From assembly GCA_020697715.1 (NCBI GenBank), contig JAEHCO010000003.1, positions 32,001-96,000 on the forward strand: DNA of 64,000 bases. Reading direction: 5' to 3'. Source of the stretch: Methanobacteriota archaeon (lineage in GTDB: Archaea > Thermoplasmatota > Thermoplasmata > SG8-5 > JAGLSY01). A model generated the notes under the pieces. That model was not told the origin of the DNA. It saw only the letters and a program-made list of their open reading frames with translations, and did not search any database. The translations under genes and the position numbers were made by a program. The number at the start of each line of letters is the position of its first letter. The first letter of the stretch is position 1. Below, one piece after another: positions 18,990-28,389 of the stretch.

Positions 18990-20177
18990 GTGATGATGGA
19001 CATCGACTACTCTGAGCTTGAGAGATATGATCACCAATGCCTGGATGGCTGTGGCCTATGTTGCCTCTGCCAGCCAGAATTGGATGATGATGAACTGGCA
19101 GTTTTCAGAAAGGCAGGTCTTGAAGAAGGGCTGACAAATTATCATGTGCAGGGTGGCCAGAAAACCGATGAACCAACGGCCATCAAGCTTCAAGGCGGCA
19201 GGGGAGCCTGTCATTTCCTGAAGGATCTCAGATGCCAGATACATGATGTTCGTCCTCGACCATGCCGACAGTTTCCGGTTCAGGTCCATTTGTTAAGGAG
19301 GGTGCAGGTAAATGCCAATCTGGCCTGCCCAGGGATATTCGATAATACCTCGGATAGGGGCACGATGGCCTCTTCAGGGAAAGGCGGAGATAGTCTGCTG
19401 GCCTTTGGGAAGGAAACCATATCGAAAATTCCACAGGATGAGATGGAAGACATATTCGAACAGGCAGTGGAAATTGTAAAAGAATTTGATGAGCACACTC
19501 TTGATTTCGAGGTCTATCAGGATCCAGGGGCCTTGAAGGACGCTGGCACTGATCTTATCAATGGGATGAAGGGTTCGGATTGGATCGCCAGAACACTGGC
19601 CTGGTCCAATGAGGAATCCATTGGCACTGATCTCAAGAACAAGACATTCGCAAGGGATGTATTATCTCATGTTCCGGAGCCTGATATTCTGGAGGTCGCC
19701 AATGATGGGAACATTGACCTACTGGACCAGGATGATCTGGCCCAGATACCCGTGTTCGTGGATGATGATATGAAATGGATCGCACTTAGATCCAGAAAGA
19801 ACATTATCGATGTTATGAGAATGGAAGAAGATGGCTCCCTGGAGACAATGCACGAGATCCCAATGGATAGCATAAAATTGATGGATTGGACAAGCGATGG
19901 GACCGAGGTCTTTCAGAATTATGCAAGACTGCTCAATGACAGAGATCCCTTCATGGGGTATGTTTACCAGGTATGCGCGGATCAGGATTTCCAATTCGAT
20001 CTTGCCACAGTGTATATTGGAACAATGGCGACGACAATGCTGGATCTGTGGTGGAGAGCTTCCTTGATGGGTATGGTGAAGGGAGAAAAGAGCATTGGCC
20101 AGAACCTGGCGAAGGTGGGGATCAAATCTTTTGATATGACCAGCCTGGGAGCGCCCAGTATCGGTTTGTTCATATAA
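18990..20177 (+). CDS. YkgJ-family (CxxCxxCC) cysteine-cluster protein with long C-terminal extension
   Basis: CLDGCGLCC...CHFL...CQIH..RP.PCRQFP. Confidence 0.8.
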   Translation: MMMDIDYSELERYDHQCLDGCGLCCLCQPELDDDELAVFRKAGLEEGLTNYHVQGGQKTDEPTAIKLQGGRGACHFLKDLRCQIHDVRPRPCRQFPVQVHLLRRVQVNANLACPGIFDNTSDRGTMASSGKGGDSLLAFGKETISKIPQDEMEDIFEQAVEIVKEFDEHTLDFEVYQDPGALKDAGTDLINGMKGSDWIARTLAWSNEESIGTDLKNKTFARDVLSHVPEPDILEVANDGNIDLLDQDDLAQIPVFVDDDMKWIALRSRKNIIDVMRMEEDGSLETMHEIPMDSIKLMDWTSDGTEVFQNYARLLNDRDPFMGYVYQVCADQDFQFDLATVYIGTMATTMLDLWWRASLMGMVKGEKSIGQNLAKVGIKSFDMTSLGAPSIGLFI

Positions 20178-20235
20178 TTCTTATAGGAAAGAATTTAATA
20201 ATGTTCTGAATTTCCTGGCTCATAGTAATCGCAAT

Positions 20236-20319
20236 GCGGGGATACCCGAGCTAGGTCAAAGGGGTGGGGCTTAGGACCCCATGGTTAGTCCTTCGCCGGT
20301 TCGAATCCGGCTCCCCGCA
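20236..20319 (+). tRNA. tRNA-Leu(TAG)
   Basis: Acceptor GCGGGGA/TCCCCGC plus A, D-loop GGTCAA, anticodon arm TGGGG-CTTAGGA-CCCCA, long variable arm, GGTTCGAATCC T-arm; CCA not encoded. Confidence 0.93.
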
Positions 20320-20610
20320 TTTATTTATTAAAGGATTCGAACGGAGTTCGATTGAGAATTTACTTGTAAATTCGAGAGAGCACCGCAACGAAGTGTAGGT
20401 GCGAAATCCGGCTCCCCGCATTTATTTATTAAAGGATTCGAAAGTAGTAGTCGGCTGCCGTAGTCCCATCGAAAATTATTCAACTAATCTCGAAGCCAGA
20501 CGTGAGCTTCGAGAATTTGGGACTATGGCCTTCGATGGAAACATCATGCCGAAGGCATATCGTTTCCACGGCTCTCCGCATATTTTTGTATAGGAATTCG
20601 AAAGTAGTAG
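20304..20610 (+). repeat. triplicated tRNA-Leu 3' end plus trailer, with structured spacers
   Basis: 38-nt AATCCGGCTCCCCGCATTTATTTATTAAAGGATTCGAA is identical at 20304-20341 and 20405-20442; degenerate third copy at 20569-20610. Confidence 0.9.
20447..20568. other. structured non-coding element, copy A (homolog at 36647-36854)
   Basis: GCCGTAGTCCCA/TGGGACTATGGC outer stem, inner TCTCGAAGC/GCTTCGAGA, then TGGAAAC/GTTTCCA stem. Confidence 0.7.
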
Positions 20611-20755
20611 CCACATTATTCATCTCACACACTATTTACAGGTGATCTGAATCAAAATCCCACATAATTCAATAGAGGCCAACAATCGTTAAGTATCCAA
20701 ACGAATAAGTATCATTTATCTATATCTGGTCTTGCTTGAATAGAGGAGAGTGTAG

Positions 20756-23215
20756 ATGGACCCTGAAAATGATAAGCATATTACAACAGTCTTCGTAGGT
20801 CGAGACAATGAGATCAGCGTCTTGAACAATTATCTAGAGGAAGCAAGGTCTGGACACAGCAAGCTTGTATTTGTCACAGGAGAAGCTGGCATAGGCAAGA
20901 CCCGGCTTATCCGCGAAGTTGGTAATCATGCAAAAGAAATGGGTGCCCAGTTCATAACTGGTAGGTGTATATCTCATCAGCATGGTGACCCCTACCTGCC
21001 ATTTATTGATGCTCTCGGGATCAAACTTGGATCTAAATCCTCAAATGATTCAAATAGCTTTTCAAATCTGCCAATAGGCATGTCTGGGGTCGGTGATGAT
21101 TCCAGTTATGAGGATGATGGCGATCTTCCACTTGGTCTCTTACCAATGGCGGGAGGCCATGATACCAATATCGCTGATATGGATATGGCTGGGCAAAGAG
21201 ACCGTATGTTCAATACGATCGCCGATCTTATTAAGACCAGGGCGACAAAGGATCCATTGTTCATTTTCCTTGACGATATGCAATATGCGGATGGGGCCAC
21301 ACTTCAACTTTTATTTTATATTGCCAGATCCCTGCAGAATTCCAAGGTCATGATATGCTGTGCTTACAGACCTAATGAATTGGATATGCCTCAGGGACAG
21401 GTACATCCTCTTACCCAGATGTTGAGACGGATGGGGCAGGAGAAACTGTACAGTTCACTTCAGCTCAATCCGCTTTCCCTTGACGAGATAAGGGAAAAGG
21501 TGGAGTCCATCCTGGAAATAACAGATATTCCATCTGGCTTCATGAACAAATTATATGATGAGAGCGAGGGAAATCCCTTCTTCGTCGAGGAAGTGCTAAA
21601 ATCACTCATGGATGAGGGAGTGATAAAGCGCCATTCACATATCTGGGATGCTGGTCTAGACCTATCATCCATAAGGATACCCAATACTATCAAGGATGTC
21701 ATAACTCACAGGATCGCCAAGATGAATGAGAGCTCGAAGAAGGTTCTCAAGTATGCGTCAGTCATTGGCCAAAAGTTCCAATTCGATGTTCTTCAAAAAG
21801 TATCGGAAATGAACAGCGAGGAATTACTGGACACTCTGGATCATCTCATTGATATCGAGATGATACATGAGGATTCTGGCAGCCACCATGAAGAAGCATT
21901 CTATTTCGGTCACAAACAGACCAGGACGGTCATCTACGAAGGCATGAGTCGAAGCAGGATCAGGGTCATGCACCTGAAGGTGGGTAATATCATCGAGGAG
22001 ATGTACAAAGGTCGATTGAATGATGTTATCTTCGCCCTTGCCAGACACTTCACGCTTGGCAAGGATTTCACACGATCACATGAATATTCAAAACAAGCAG
22101 GTACAGCCGCCATGGCAAGCTTCGCCTTTGAGGACGCTATAGAACATTTCACTACTGCTTTGAGGGCACTGAGCTTCTTGGGAGATGATTGTGGTATCGA
22201 TATCAAGAAGGAAGGCCTGGACCTATCATTCCAATTGGGTGACCTTGATTATGCAATGGGAGATCCAGCAGCTGCTGTGGAACATTATAGAAATGCTCTC
22301 CAGAACAGCCAGGCTCTGGGTGATAAGGAATCTGAAGCTGAGGCTTACCTTTACATCGGGCATACGGAAAGGCTCAGGGGTAATTTCCACCGGGCTGAGG
22401 ATATGTATGAAAAGGCCATTGTTCATTTTGATTCCACTGATAACTATGCTGGGCTTGCCGGAAGTCAACAAGGCCTGGGATATGTCCACTGGAGGAAGGG
22501 TGAGAACGATGAGGCTGTGGAGCATTACAAAGAAAGCATAAGTTTCTCCATGAAAGCCGGTGATGATCATGGAATGGCCAAGACCCATATCGAATTGGGC
22601 AATGTCTACAATTATTGGGGAGATTATGCAAAGGCCATGCAGTATTACAAGAAATCCATACCGCATTTGGAGAAGGTCGGTGACTATAATGAACTGGCCA
22701 GAGCTTATAACAATATGGGCGATTCCACTATCAAAGTGGATGATTTTCATGGTGCCCTGGAGTATTTTGAGAAATGTAAGCAAGCTTCTGAAAAGATCGG
22801 GAACAAGAACTTCGTTGCATGGAGCCTGTTCAATTCAGCAGAGGCATTGGCCTACCTTGGAGAATATGACAAGGCAGAAGATTATTGTGTTCGCGCACTC
22901 AAGATATGCGAAGACCTGGATGACAGGGTGGGCATGAATGGTGTGTTCAAGAACTTTGGTGTTATTTACAGATTCAAGAAGGAATGGGACAAGTCCATCG
23001 AGAACTTTAATAAAAGTATCGTGATATTGGAGATGCTGGATATCCCATATGAATTGGGTGTCACCTATAGTGATCTGGCAAAGACCTATGAGGACATGGG
23101 AGAGATAGAAGAGGCCCTGGAGAATTTCAATATGGCCAAGGATCTTCTTGAGAGTGTTGGCTCAATGTCCGAGGCCAAGGAGATCGAGGACAAGATCAAA
23201 GAGCTTGAGGGATGA
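20756..23215 (+). CDS. STAND-type ATPase (AAA_16) with C-terminal TPR array
   Basis: FVGRDNE, Walker A GEAGIGKT, Walker B FIFLDD, GNPFF (GxP), helical/wHTH region, about 8-9 TPRs. Confidence 0.88.
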   Translation: MDPENDKHITTVFVGRDNEISVLNNYLEEARSGHSKLVFVTGEAGIGKTRLIREVGNHAKEMGAQFITGRCISHQHGDPYLPFIDALGIKLGSKSSNDSNSFSNLPIGMSGVGDDSSYEDDGDLPLGLLPMAGGHDTNIADMDMAGQRDRMFNTIADLIKTRATKDPLFIFLDDMQYADGATLQLLFYIARSLQNSKVMICCAYRPNELDMPQGQVHPLTQMLRRMGQEKLYSSLQLNPLSLDEIREKVESILEITDIPSGFMNKLYDESEGNPFFVEEVLKSLMDEGVIKRHSHIWDAGLDLSSIRIPNTIKDVITHRIAKMNESSKKVLKYASVIGQKFQFDVLQKVSEMNSEELLDTLDHLIDIEMIHEDSGSHHEEAFYFGHKQTRTVIYEGMSRSRIRVMHLKVGNIIEEMYKGRLNDVIFALARHFTLGKDFTRSHEYSKQAGTAAMASFAFEDAIEHFTTALRALSFLGDDCGIDIKKEGLDLSFQLGDLDYAMGDPAAAVEHYRNALQNSQALGDKESEAEAYLYIGHTERLRGNFHRAEDMYEKAIVHFDSTDNYAGLAGSQQGLGYVHWRKGENDEAVEHYKESISFSMKAGDDHGMAKTHIELGNVYNYWGDYAKAMQYYKKSIPHLEKVGDYNELARAYNNMGDSTIKVDDFHGALEYFEKCKQASEKIGNKNFVAWSLFNSAEALAYLGEYDKAEDYCVRALKICEDLDDRVGMNGVFKNFGVIYRFKKEWDKSIENFNKSIVILEMLDIPYELGVTYSDLAKTYEDMGEIEEALENFNMAKDLLESVGSMSEAKEIEDKIKELEG

Positions 23216-23382
23216 TCCCTTATCCTTATCTATAATTCTACAAGCTCAGGTTTATCAATATTTTTAAATGTACTGTACAGCAGACCTGCAGGCTGTGATA
23301 AGGACAATTTATTGGTTTAGCTAGCACTAGCTCATGCTTAAGTTAAACTATTTGCCAGTTGCTAGATGAGATGAGTAGCCGA

Positions 23383-24918
23383 TCAAACTATTGGTATCAG
23401 TTTGATATGTGGTGCGCCTTTTTCCTCATCTGCCACGATACCGTAGATAATGGTCTTTGGTTTGATACCATAGATACATGGGCACTTGTTTATGTCCGTG
23501 ATCTTCAGATAGGTATCTGCCATGTTCATTATCTCCTGGGTCAGCTTGAGTCCTGGTTTGATGATGCCAATTCCGATATCCTCTGATATCTTGATCTTGG
23601 CAACTGCCTCCAGAAGCTGTTTTATGGCAACTCCGCCACCCTGTAGGTATTCGAGGGTGTCGAATCCAGTATAATCGATTATTGGCTTGTTCTCCGGCCC
23701 TCTGAGGAACTCCATATTACTCTTCCAGACCCTGACTGCCTCATCCTTGTTCCTGGTTCCGAGAGCCATGATATAAGGTGAATCGGATTTTTGTGTGAAG
23801 TAATCCGCTATCCTGACATGATCATCGAACTTTTGATCCGGCATATAGGTTGTCAGATCCTTCTTCACGGAATCCGCATGGTCACCGCCAGTAAGTACGG
23901 CGAACACGCCTTTGTTCTGGGTAATGAAGTTAAGTAATATTGGCCTGACAACAGAATAATATTCATCACTGGATACATTCTCATCGACCTGGATAACATT
24001 GTAACTGCCCTTTGAATATCCGCCCGAAAGCAATTCATCTAGGTCCTTGGTACCCGTACTGTAATGGGTTTCCGTGTCAATTATGGGATCCCATTGTATA
24101 GATTCCATATTCGATAGACTGCCATTGAAGGGATCGAAGCTCATGAATCGACCATCTTTCAATGTTGTGAGATAGGATGGTTGTGCTATCTGGGTCGCTC
24201 TCAGTTTGAGCAGGTGCATTTGTCTCACCCTGCGTCCTTCCAGAGCACTATAATCAAATTGTATAACACCATCAACAAGGAAAGCCAGATCCGCATTGCT
24301 TTCTTTCTCAAGTACGAAAAGAACGTCTACATTGGATCCCTCTACCAGGTCCTTCTGTATGCACATGATCAATTCATCCTGCTCCAGCGAATATTTATTG
24401 GTAACACCCTCCACGCTATCTATGATAAGCATGGATTTTGCTGGCAGTATGGAATCTACCTTGTCGTATATTCTCTCTATCTCCGGCATGCGATTACGTT
24501 CAAGAAGCACAGAAAGTCTTGTTCTGTCAACCTTTCGTGGGGCATCCAAAGGTTTTTCATTGATGGATTTGAGGAATTCCTTGGCATTGGCCAGGTTAGC
24601 TGGGTCTTCCTGAACAGAAGGTGAATCATCCTCATCATTGTATAGGCTGGCCAAGAACACGCGGCTGGAATCGATTATCCTGCTCCTCATGTCCTCTTCC
24701 TTCAACCAGGGAAATTGTTGATACAATGCATTATCGGATACTCGTGTAGAAAGATAGAAGCTCCTTTGTGGCTCTGCCATCTCCTCAAGTAATTGAAGAG
24801 CGAAGGTAGTCTTTCCAGTACCTGCACTACCCATTACCATTAGCGATCGGCCACCTTGGGCTTCGAAGAATTCTCTGATCTCTGTTGGGATAGATCTCTT
24901 AGATTTTTCCTTGCTCAT
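23383..24918 (-). CDS. two-domain KaiC/RAD55-like ATPase (GvpD-like)
   Basis: GSAGTGKTT, IIDSV, FLVDGVI, R.M.LLKLR; second domain STGTKDLDELLSGG lacks a canonical Walker A; ATG at 24918. Confidence 0.8.
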   Translation of the reverse strand: MSKEKSKRSIPTEIREFFEAQGGRSLMVMGSAGTGKTTFALQLLEEMAEPQRSFYLSTRVSDNALYQQFPWLKEEDMRSRIIDSSRVFLASLYNDEDDSPSVQEDPANLANAKEFLKSINEKPLDAPRKVDRTRLSVLLERNRMPEIERIYDKVDSILPAKSMLIIDSVEGVTNKYSLEQDELIMCIQKDLVEGSNVDVLFVLEKESNADLAFLVDGVIQFDYSALEGRRVRQMHLLKLRATQIAQPSYLTTLKDGRFMSFDPFNGSLSNMESIQWDPIIDTETHYSTGTKDLDELLSGGYSKGSYNVIQVDENVSSDEYYSVVRPILLNFITQNKGVFAVLTGGDHADSVKKDLTTYMPDQKFDDHVRIADYFTQKSDSPYIMALGTRNKDEAVRVWKSNMEFLRGPENKPIIDYTGFDTLEYLQGGGVAIKQLLEAVAKIKISEDIGIGIIKPGLKLTQEIMNMADTYLKITDINKCPCIYGIKPKTIIYGIVADEEKGAPHIKLIPIV

Positions 24919-25279
24919 TGGTAAGCACCTCCTTGACATTCTCAACTGCCTCATTCAGGGCCACAGCAAGTTTATCTGGTTCTGCATTCTTTGCGAATAT
25001 GGCGATCAAGGCCTTTGAACCAACACTGCTGGCCATAAGCAGGCCGCTATTGGATTCAATTACTATCTTATTGGGAGGGTCCTGTTCCAAACTGGAATAT
25101 ACTACCTCCGAGGCCCCTAAAATAGTGGCCGATAGTGTTGAAAATGTTTCGATCTGGTTATTGTCTGGGATATTCCAGGCAATTGGTACTCCACTCCGCG
25201 ATATTATAGCGGAAATCTCTATTTCATGCTTCTTATTTAGCGACTCGAGCTCTTTATTTAGCTCTCCAACCATTGACAT
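24899..25279 (-). CDS. roadblock/LC7 domain protein
   Basis: SAIISRSGVPIA...STLSATILGASE...IVIES..G.L; 126 aa; overlaps the ATPase start. Confidence 0.88.
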   Translation of the reverse strand: MSMVGELNKELESLNKKHEIEISAIISRSGVPIAWNIPDNNQIETFSTLSATILGASEVVYSSLEQDPPNKIVIESNSGLLMASSVGSKALIAIFAKNAEPDKLAVALNEAVENVKEVLTNEQGKI

Positions 25280-25601
25280 ACATTGCCCTCCTAAATGTCT
25301 TGTAGTTCATTCTGGTAATCTGACATCCATCATACTTGGTTCTTTAGGCATGATGCACGTATGAAAATTGCTTACACAACTTCAATTCCCATGAATTAAC
25401 TCCCCTTATTATTCCTAACTATATCATACTGGGGTTATTTAATTATTTTCTATGATTTCTCAAGTCTGGGATATCTATACACACTCGCCTGAGCTAATGT
25501 GACCAGTCAGAGTATTGGAACTTAATGAAGGCTCAGCAAACCTTAAGATGCGGTATTATGGCTTCGGGCTGATCGAATACCTATCAGTTATGTGTTGAGG
25601 A

Positions 25602-26372
25602 TCATCCAAGTTTCTGAATTATCATCTCAGCAACTTTCTCTCCTGAGAGAAGCATTCCACCGAAGATAGGCCCCATTCTTGGAGCGCCCATGACAGCGTT
25701 TGCCGCCATTCCAGCCACATACACACCAGGGAATACCTCTCCTGTGTTCTCGACCACAGTCTGTTCTCCGACTTCCGCCCACATGGATTTCTCGCCCTCT
25801 ATCTTGCCACTGGGGGTAGTAAGCTTACCGGTCTTTCTTTGAACCACGTGACATATTTCAGAATCATGGCCTGTGGCATCTATCACGGCCTTGGCTCCGA
25901 GTGTCAAAGGATCCACATGCAATCCAGCCACATCTACGGCGGACCAGTTGATGACAACTCCGTTCACAATATTTTCTCTCATCATCACGTCCTCTACAGT
26001 TGTCGCGATCATCATCATAGCACCGGCATCCATGGCGGCCCCACATAGCTTGGAGACCGATTCAATAGAATTGGCTGTATAATATCCATCATTGCAATCT
26101 TCAAGTTTTATTTTGACTTCCTCAAGAAGATGCTTGGACTCCTCCTGAACTACAAGAACAGGAAAGGTCATACCCCCTCCCCACATACCTCCGCCAGGAG
26201 ATAATTTTCTCTCTATTATCAATACCTTCTTTCCAGCTTTGGCCAATATCCTGGCAGCTGTAAGACCAGCGGGCCCCGCTCCGGCAATTACAACGTCAAC
26301 TTCTATCATGCTGAGGAATTCCCTAGAATATCTTTCAAATATCTTCCTGGTCACTTCTACATCTTCAATCAT
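25602..26372 (-). CDS. thi4: sulfide-dependent adenosine diphosphate thiazole synthase (His-type Thi4)
   Basis: [26 protein letters not shown] and [13 protein letters not shown] motifs. Confidence 0.92.
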   Translation of the reverse strand: MIEDVEVTRKIFERYSREFLSMIEVDVVIAGAGPAGLTAARILAKAGKKVLIIERKLSPGGGMWGGGMTFPVLVVQEESKHLLEEVKIKLEDCNDGYYTANSIESVSKLCGAAMDAGAMMMIATTVEDVMMRENIVNGVVINWSAVDVAGLHVDPLTLGAKAVIDATGHDSEICHVVQRKTGKLTTPSGKIEGEKSMWAEVGEQTVVENTGEVFPGVYVAGMAANAVMGAPRMGPIFGGMLLSGEKVAEMIIQKLG

Positions 26373-26465
26373 CTAAACCACCTTATACTGCCCAATATCT
26401 TGAGAGCTATTTCTGCTCGATAAGTTAATTCGATATTTAATCTCTATTATCAATAGTTATAGGTC

Positions 26466-27131
26466 TTAATGGATCCTGCCACACCTGATGCACTGATATC
26501 GTCCATCTCCTGTCATGGAGAAGCTTCCACCACAGGATGAGCATTTATTGGCAATTTGTTCGGGTGGAGGAGGAGGCGCAGATGCGACCTGGGAATTGGG
26601 TGAAGGCGGTGGTTGATCGTACACGGGCGTGTGCTCATCAGGATACTGCTGTTGTGGAGGGGGTGTGTATTGATGCTCCTGATAGATGTGCTGGCCATGG
26701 CTAAGTGGCTCACTTATGAGGATAACGGATGTTCCTGCTATCCTGTCAAGGTATTTCTGCTTTGGATCACCTTCTGTCATCATGCCCACTATCACATCGA
26801 TCAGCAATAGAAAGCCATTGATCTTGGAGATATTTCGGATCGCCACTTTACCAACATCCAGATCACCTGAAAAGGCGATCACCCTAAGACCTAATATCTT
26901 CTTTCCCAAACTGGCTCCCATTGTAAGTTCTGTGAGCAAGAAATACAAAAAGGCCACGACGGCCAATGAACCGACATAATAGATATCGAAGCCCCATGCC
27001 AGCTTGAAAATGGATAATATTGTCAAAGGGATCGATATGATCACATAATCTAAGATGGCCGCGATAATTCTCTTTATCCAGTGATCTTTCAGTGCTTCGT
27101 CCGAACCTATTATATCCATGGCTGATGTCAT
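26466..27131 (-). CDS. RDD family membrane protein with Pro/Gln linker and C-terminal Zn ribbon
   Basis: KRIIAAILD, GASLGKKILGLRV, Q..LDRIAGT; CSSC...CIRC. Confidence 0.85.
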   Translation of the reverse strand: MTSAMDIIGSDEALKDHWIKRIIAAILDYVIISIPLTILSIFKLAWGFDIYYVGSLAVVAFLYFLLTELTMGASLGKKILGLRVIAFSGDLDVGKVAIRNISKINGFLLLIDVIVGMMTEGDPKQKYLDRIAGTSVILISEPLSHGQHIYQEHQYTPPPQQQYPDEHTPVYDQPPPSPNSQVASAPPPPPEQIANKCSSCGGSFSMTGDGRYQCIRCGRIH

Positions 27132-27343
27132 GTCATCCCTTCTGATATCTTTCAGTATGAAATTGTTCGATATAAATATTTAGGTGAGCGGAGTCTAACT
27201 TTCACAGATCCGCAAGTAGCTATATATATCACCAGTACAATCCAGTTCATACCTTCTACGGAAGGGGGAGTGATGTTGATGTATATGGATAGCGGTAAAT
27301 GCCATTATCAATATTCATCATCATAAATATTGGAGCGATCATT

Positions 27344-28282
27344 ATGGGTAACATAGTAATAGCCATCGGAGGCAATGCCCTCATCAAGCCTGGCCAGGAA
27401 GGCACCATCTATGAGCAATTCGCCAATGCGAGAGAGACATGCGAGCAGGTGATCAAATTGGTGAGAAAGGGGCATGATATTGTCCTGACACATGGAAATG
27501 GGCCTCAGGTTGGCAATGCTCTTTTGAGGCATGATAATTCCAGGGATACCATTCCTCCGTTCCCATTGGGCATGTGTGTTGCAGAGACCGTGGGATCACT
27601 GGGGTACATGCTCCAGCAGACCATGCAGAACACTGTGAAGATGGCTGGTCTAAATAAAGACACTCTGACAGTTATTACTCAGGTGGTGGTCGACAAAGAT
27701 GATCCTTCTTTCAAGAACCCGACAAAACCAATTGGCCAATTCTATGAAAAAGAATGTATCATGAAGATGGTGGAAGAGGATGGTTGGTCTGTTGGAGAGG
27801 ATAGTGGAAGAGGTTGGAGAAGGATGGTACCATCGCCAAGGCCAGTGAGGATAGCGGAGATAGGAACCATACGCGAACTACTTGCCGAGGGCAGGATAAT
27901 AATCGCTTGCGGTGGTGGTGGTCTTCCAGTCATCGAACTTGAGGACAAACAATTGGATGGCGTGGAGGCTGTTATTGATAAGGACTATGCCTCGTCCAGA
28001 CTGGCACAGCAACTGGGTACCAAGCTTTTCATAATTCTGACAACCGTTGATAAAGTATCTATCAATTTCGGAAAGCCAGATCAGAAGGAATTAGACACCA
28101 TCGATCTTGATGAAGCCAAGACGCTCATGGCGGAAGGTCATTTCCCGCCAGGTTCAATGGGTCCAAAGATGGAAGCCGCCATTGATTTCTTGGAAAATGG
28201 AGGCGAGGAGGTCATCATCACAGAGATCAGCCTTCTGGAGCAGGCACTTGAGGGTAAGGCTGGCACGCATATAGTTAGCTGA
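27344..28282 (+). CDS. arcC: carbamate kinase
   Basis: IAIGGNAL, THGNGPQVG, PTKPIG, GWRRMVPSP, EAVIDKD and GSMGPK motifs. Confidence 0.95.
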   Translation: MGNIVIAIGGNALIKPGQEGTIYEQFANARETCEQVIKLVRKGHDIVLTHGNGPQVGNALLRHDNSRDTIPPFPLGMCVAETVGSLGYMLQQTMQNTVKMAGLNKDTLTVITQVVVDKDDPSFKNPTKPIGQFYEKECIMKMVEEDGWSVGEDSGRGWRRMVPSPRPVRIAEIGTIRELLAEGRIIIACGGGGLPVIELEDKQLDGVEAVIDKDYASSRLAQQLGTKLFIILTTVDKVSINFGKPDQKELDTIDLDEAKTLMAEGHFPPGSMGPKMEAAIDFLENGGEEVIITEISLLEQALEGKAGTHIVS

Positions 28283-28389
28283 GATATGTTCGATCTCTTA
28301 ATTGAAATGAATGAAAACTTTCAGATTCTTCAGGGTCTGATAGTTTTCAACCCAAATGCTTAATTATTAAAGCCACGATAACTAATCGA

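Noticed and set aside
20447-20568. HDV-like/theta ribozyme (GTCCCA...TGGGAC resembles HDV P2 and lies downstream of a tRNA)
   Set aside because: No P1 3' strand, P3/L3 or catalytic J4/2 segment could be placed; the fold looks nested rather than double-pseudoknotted
20399-20593. 64-aa ORF downstream of the tRNA
   Set aside because: It runs through repeats and hairpins, has no RBS and shows no protein-like features
20304-20610. CRISPR array
   Set aside because: The repeat is the tRNA 3' end, the spacers are 63 and ~126 nt and self-structured, and there are no cas genes in the window
23383-24918. Gas vesicle operon or circadian clock
   Set aside because: No gvpA/gvpN-like or kaiA/kaiB genes nearby; only the ATPase fold is shared
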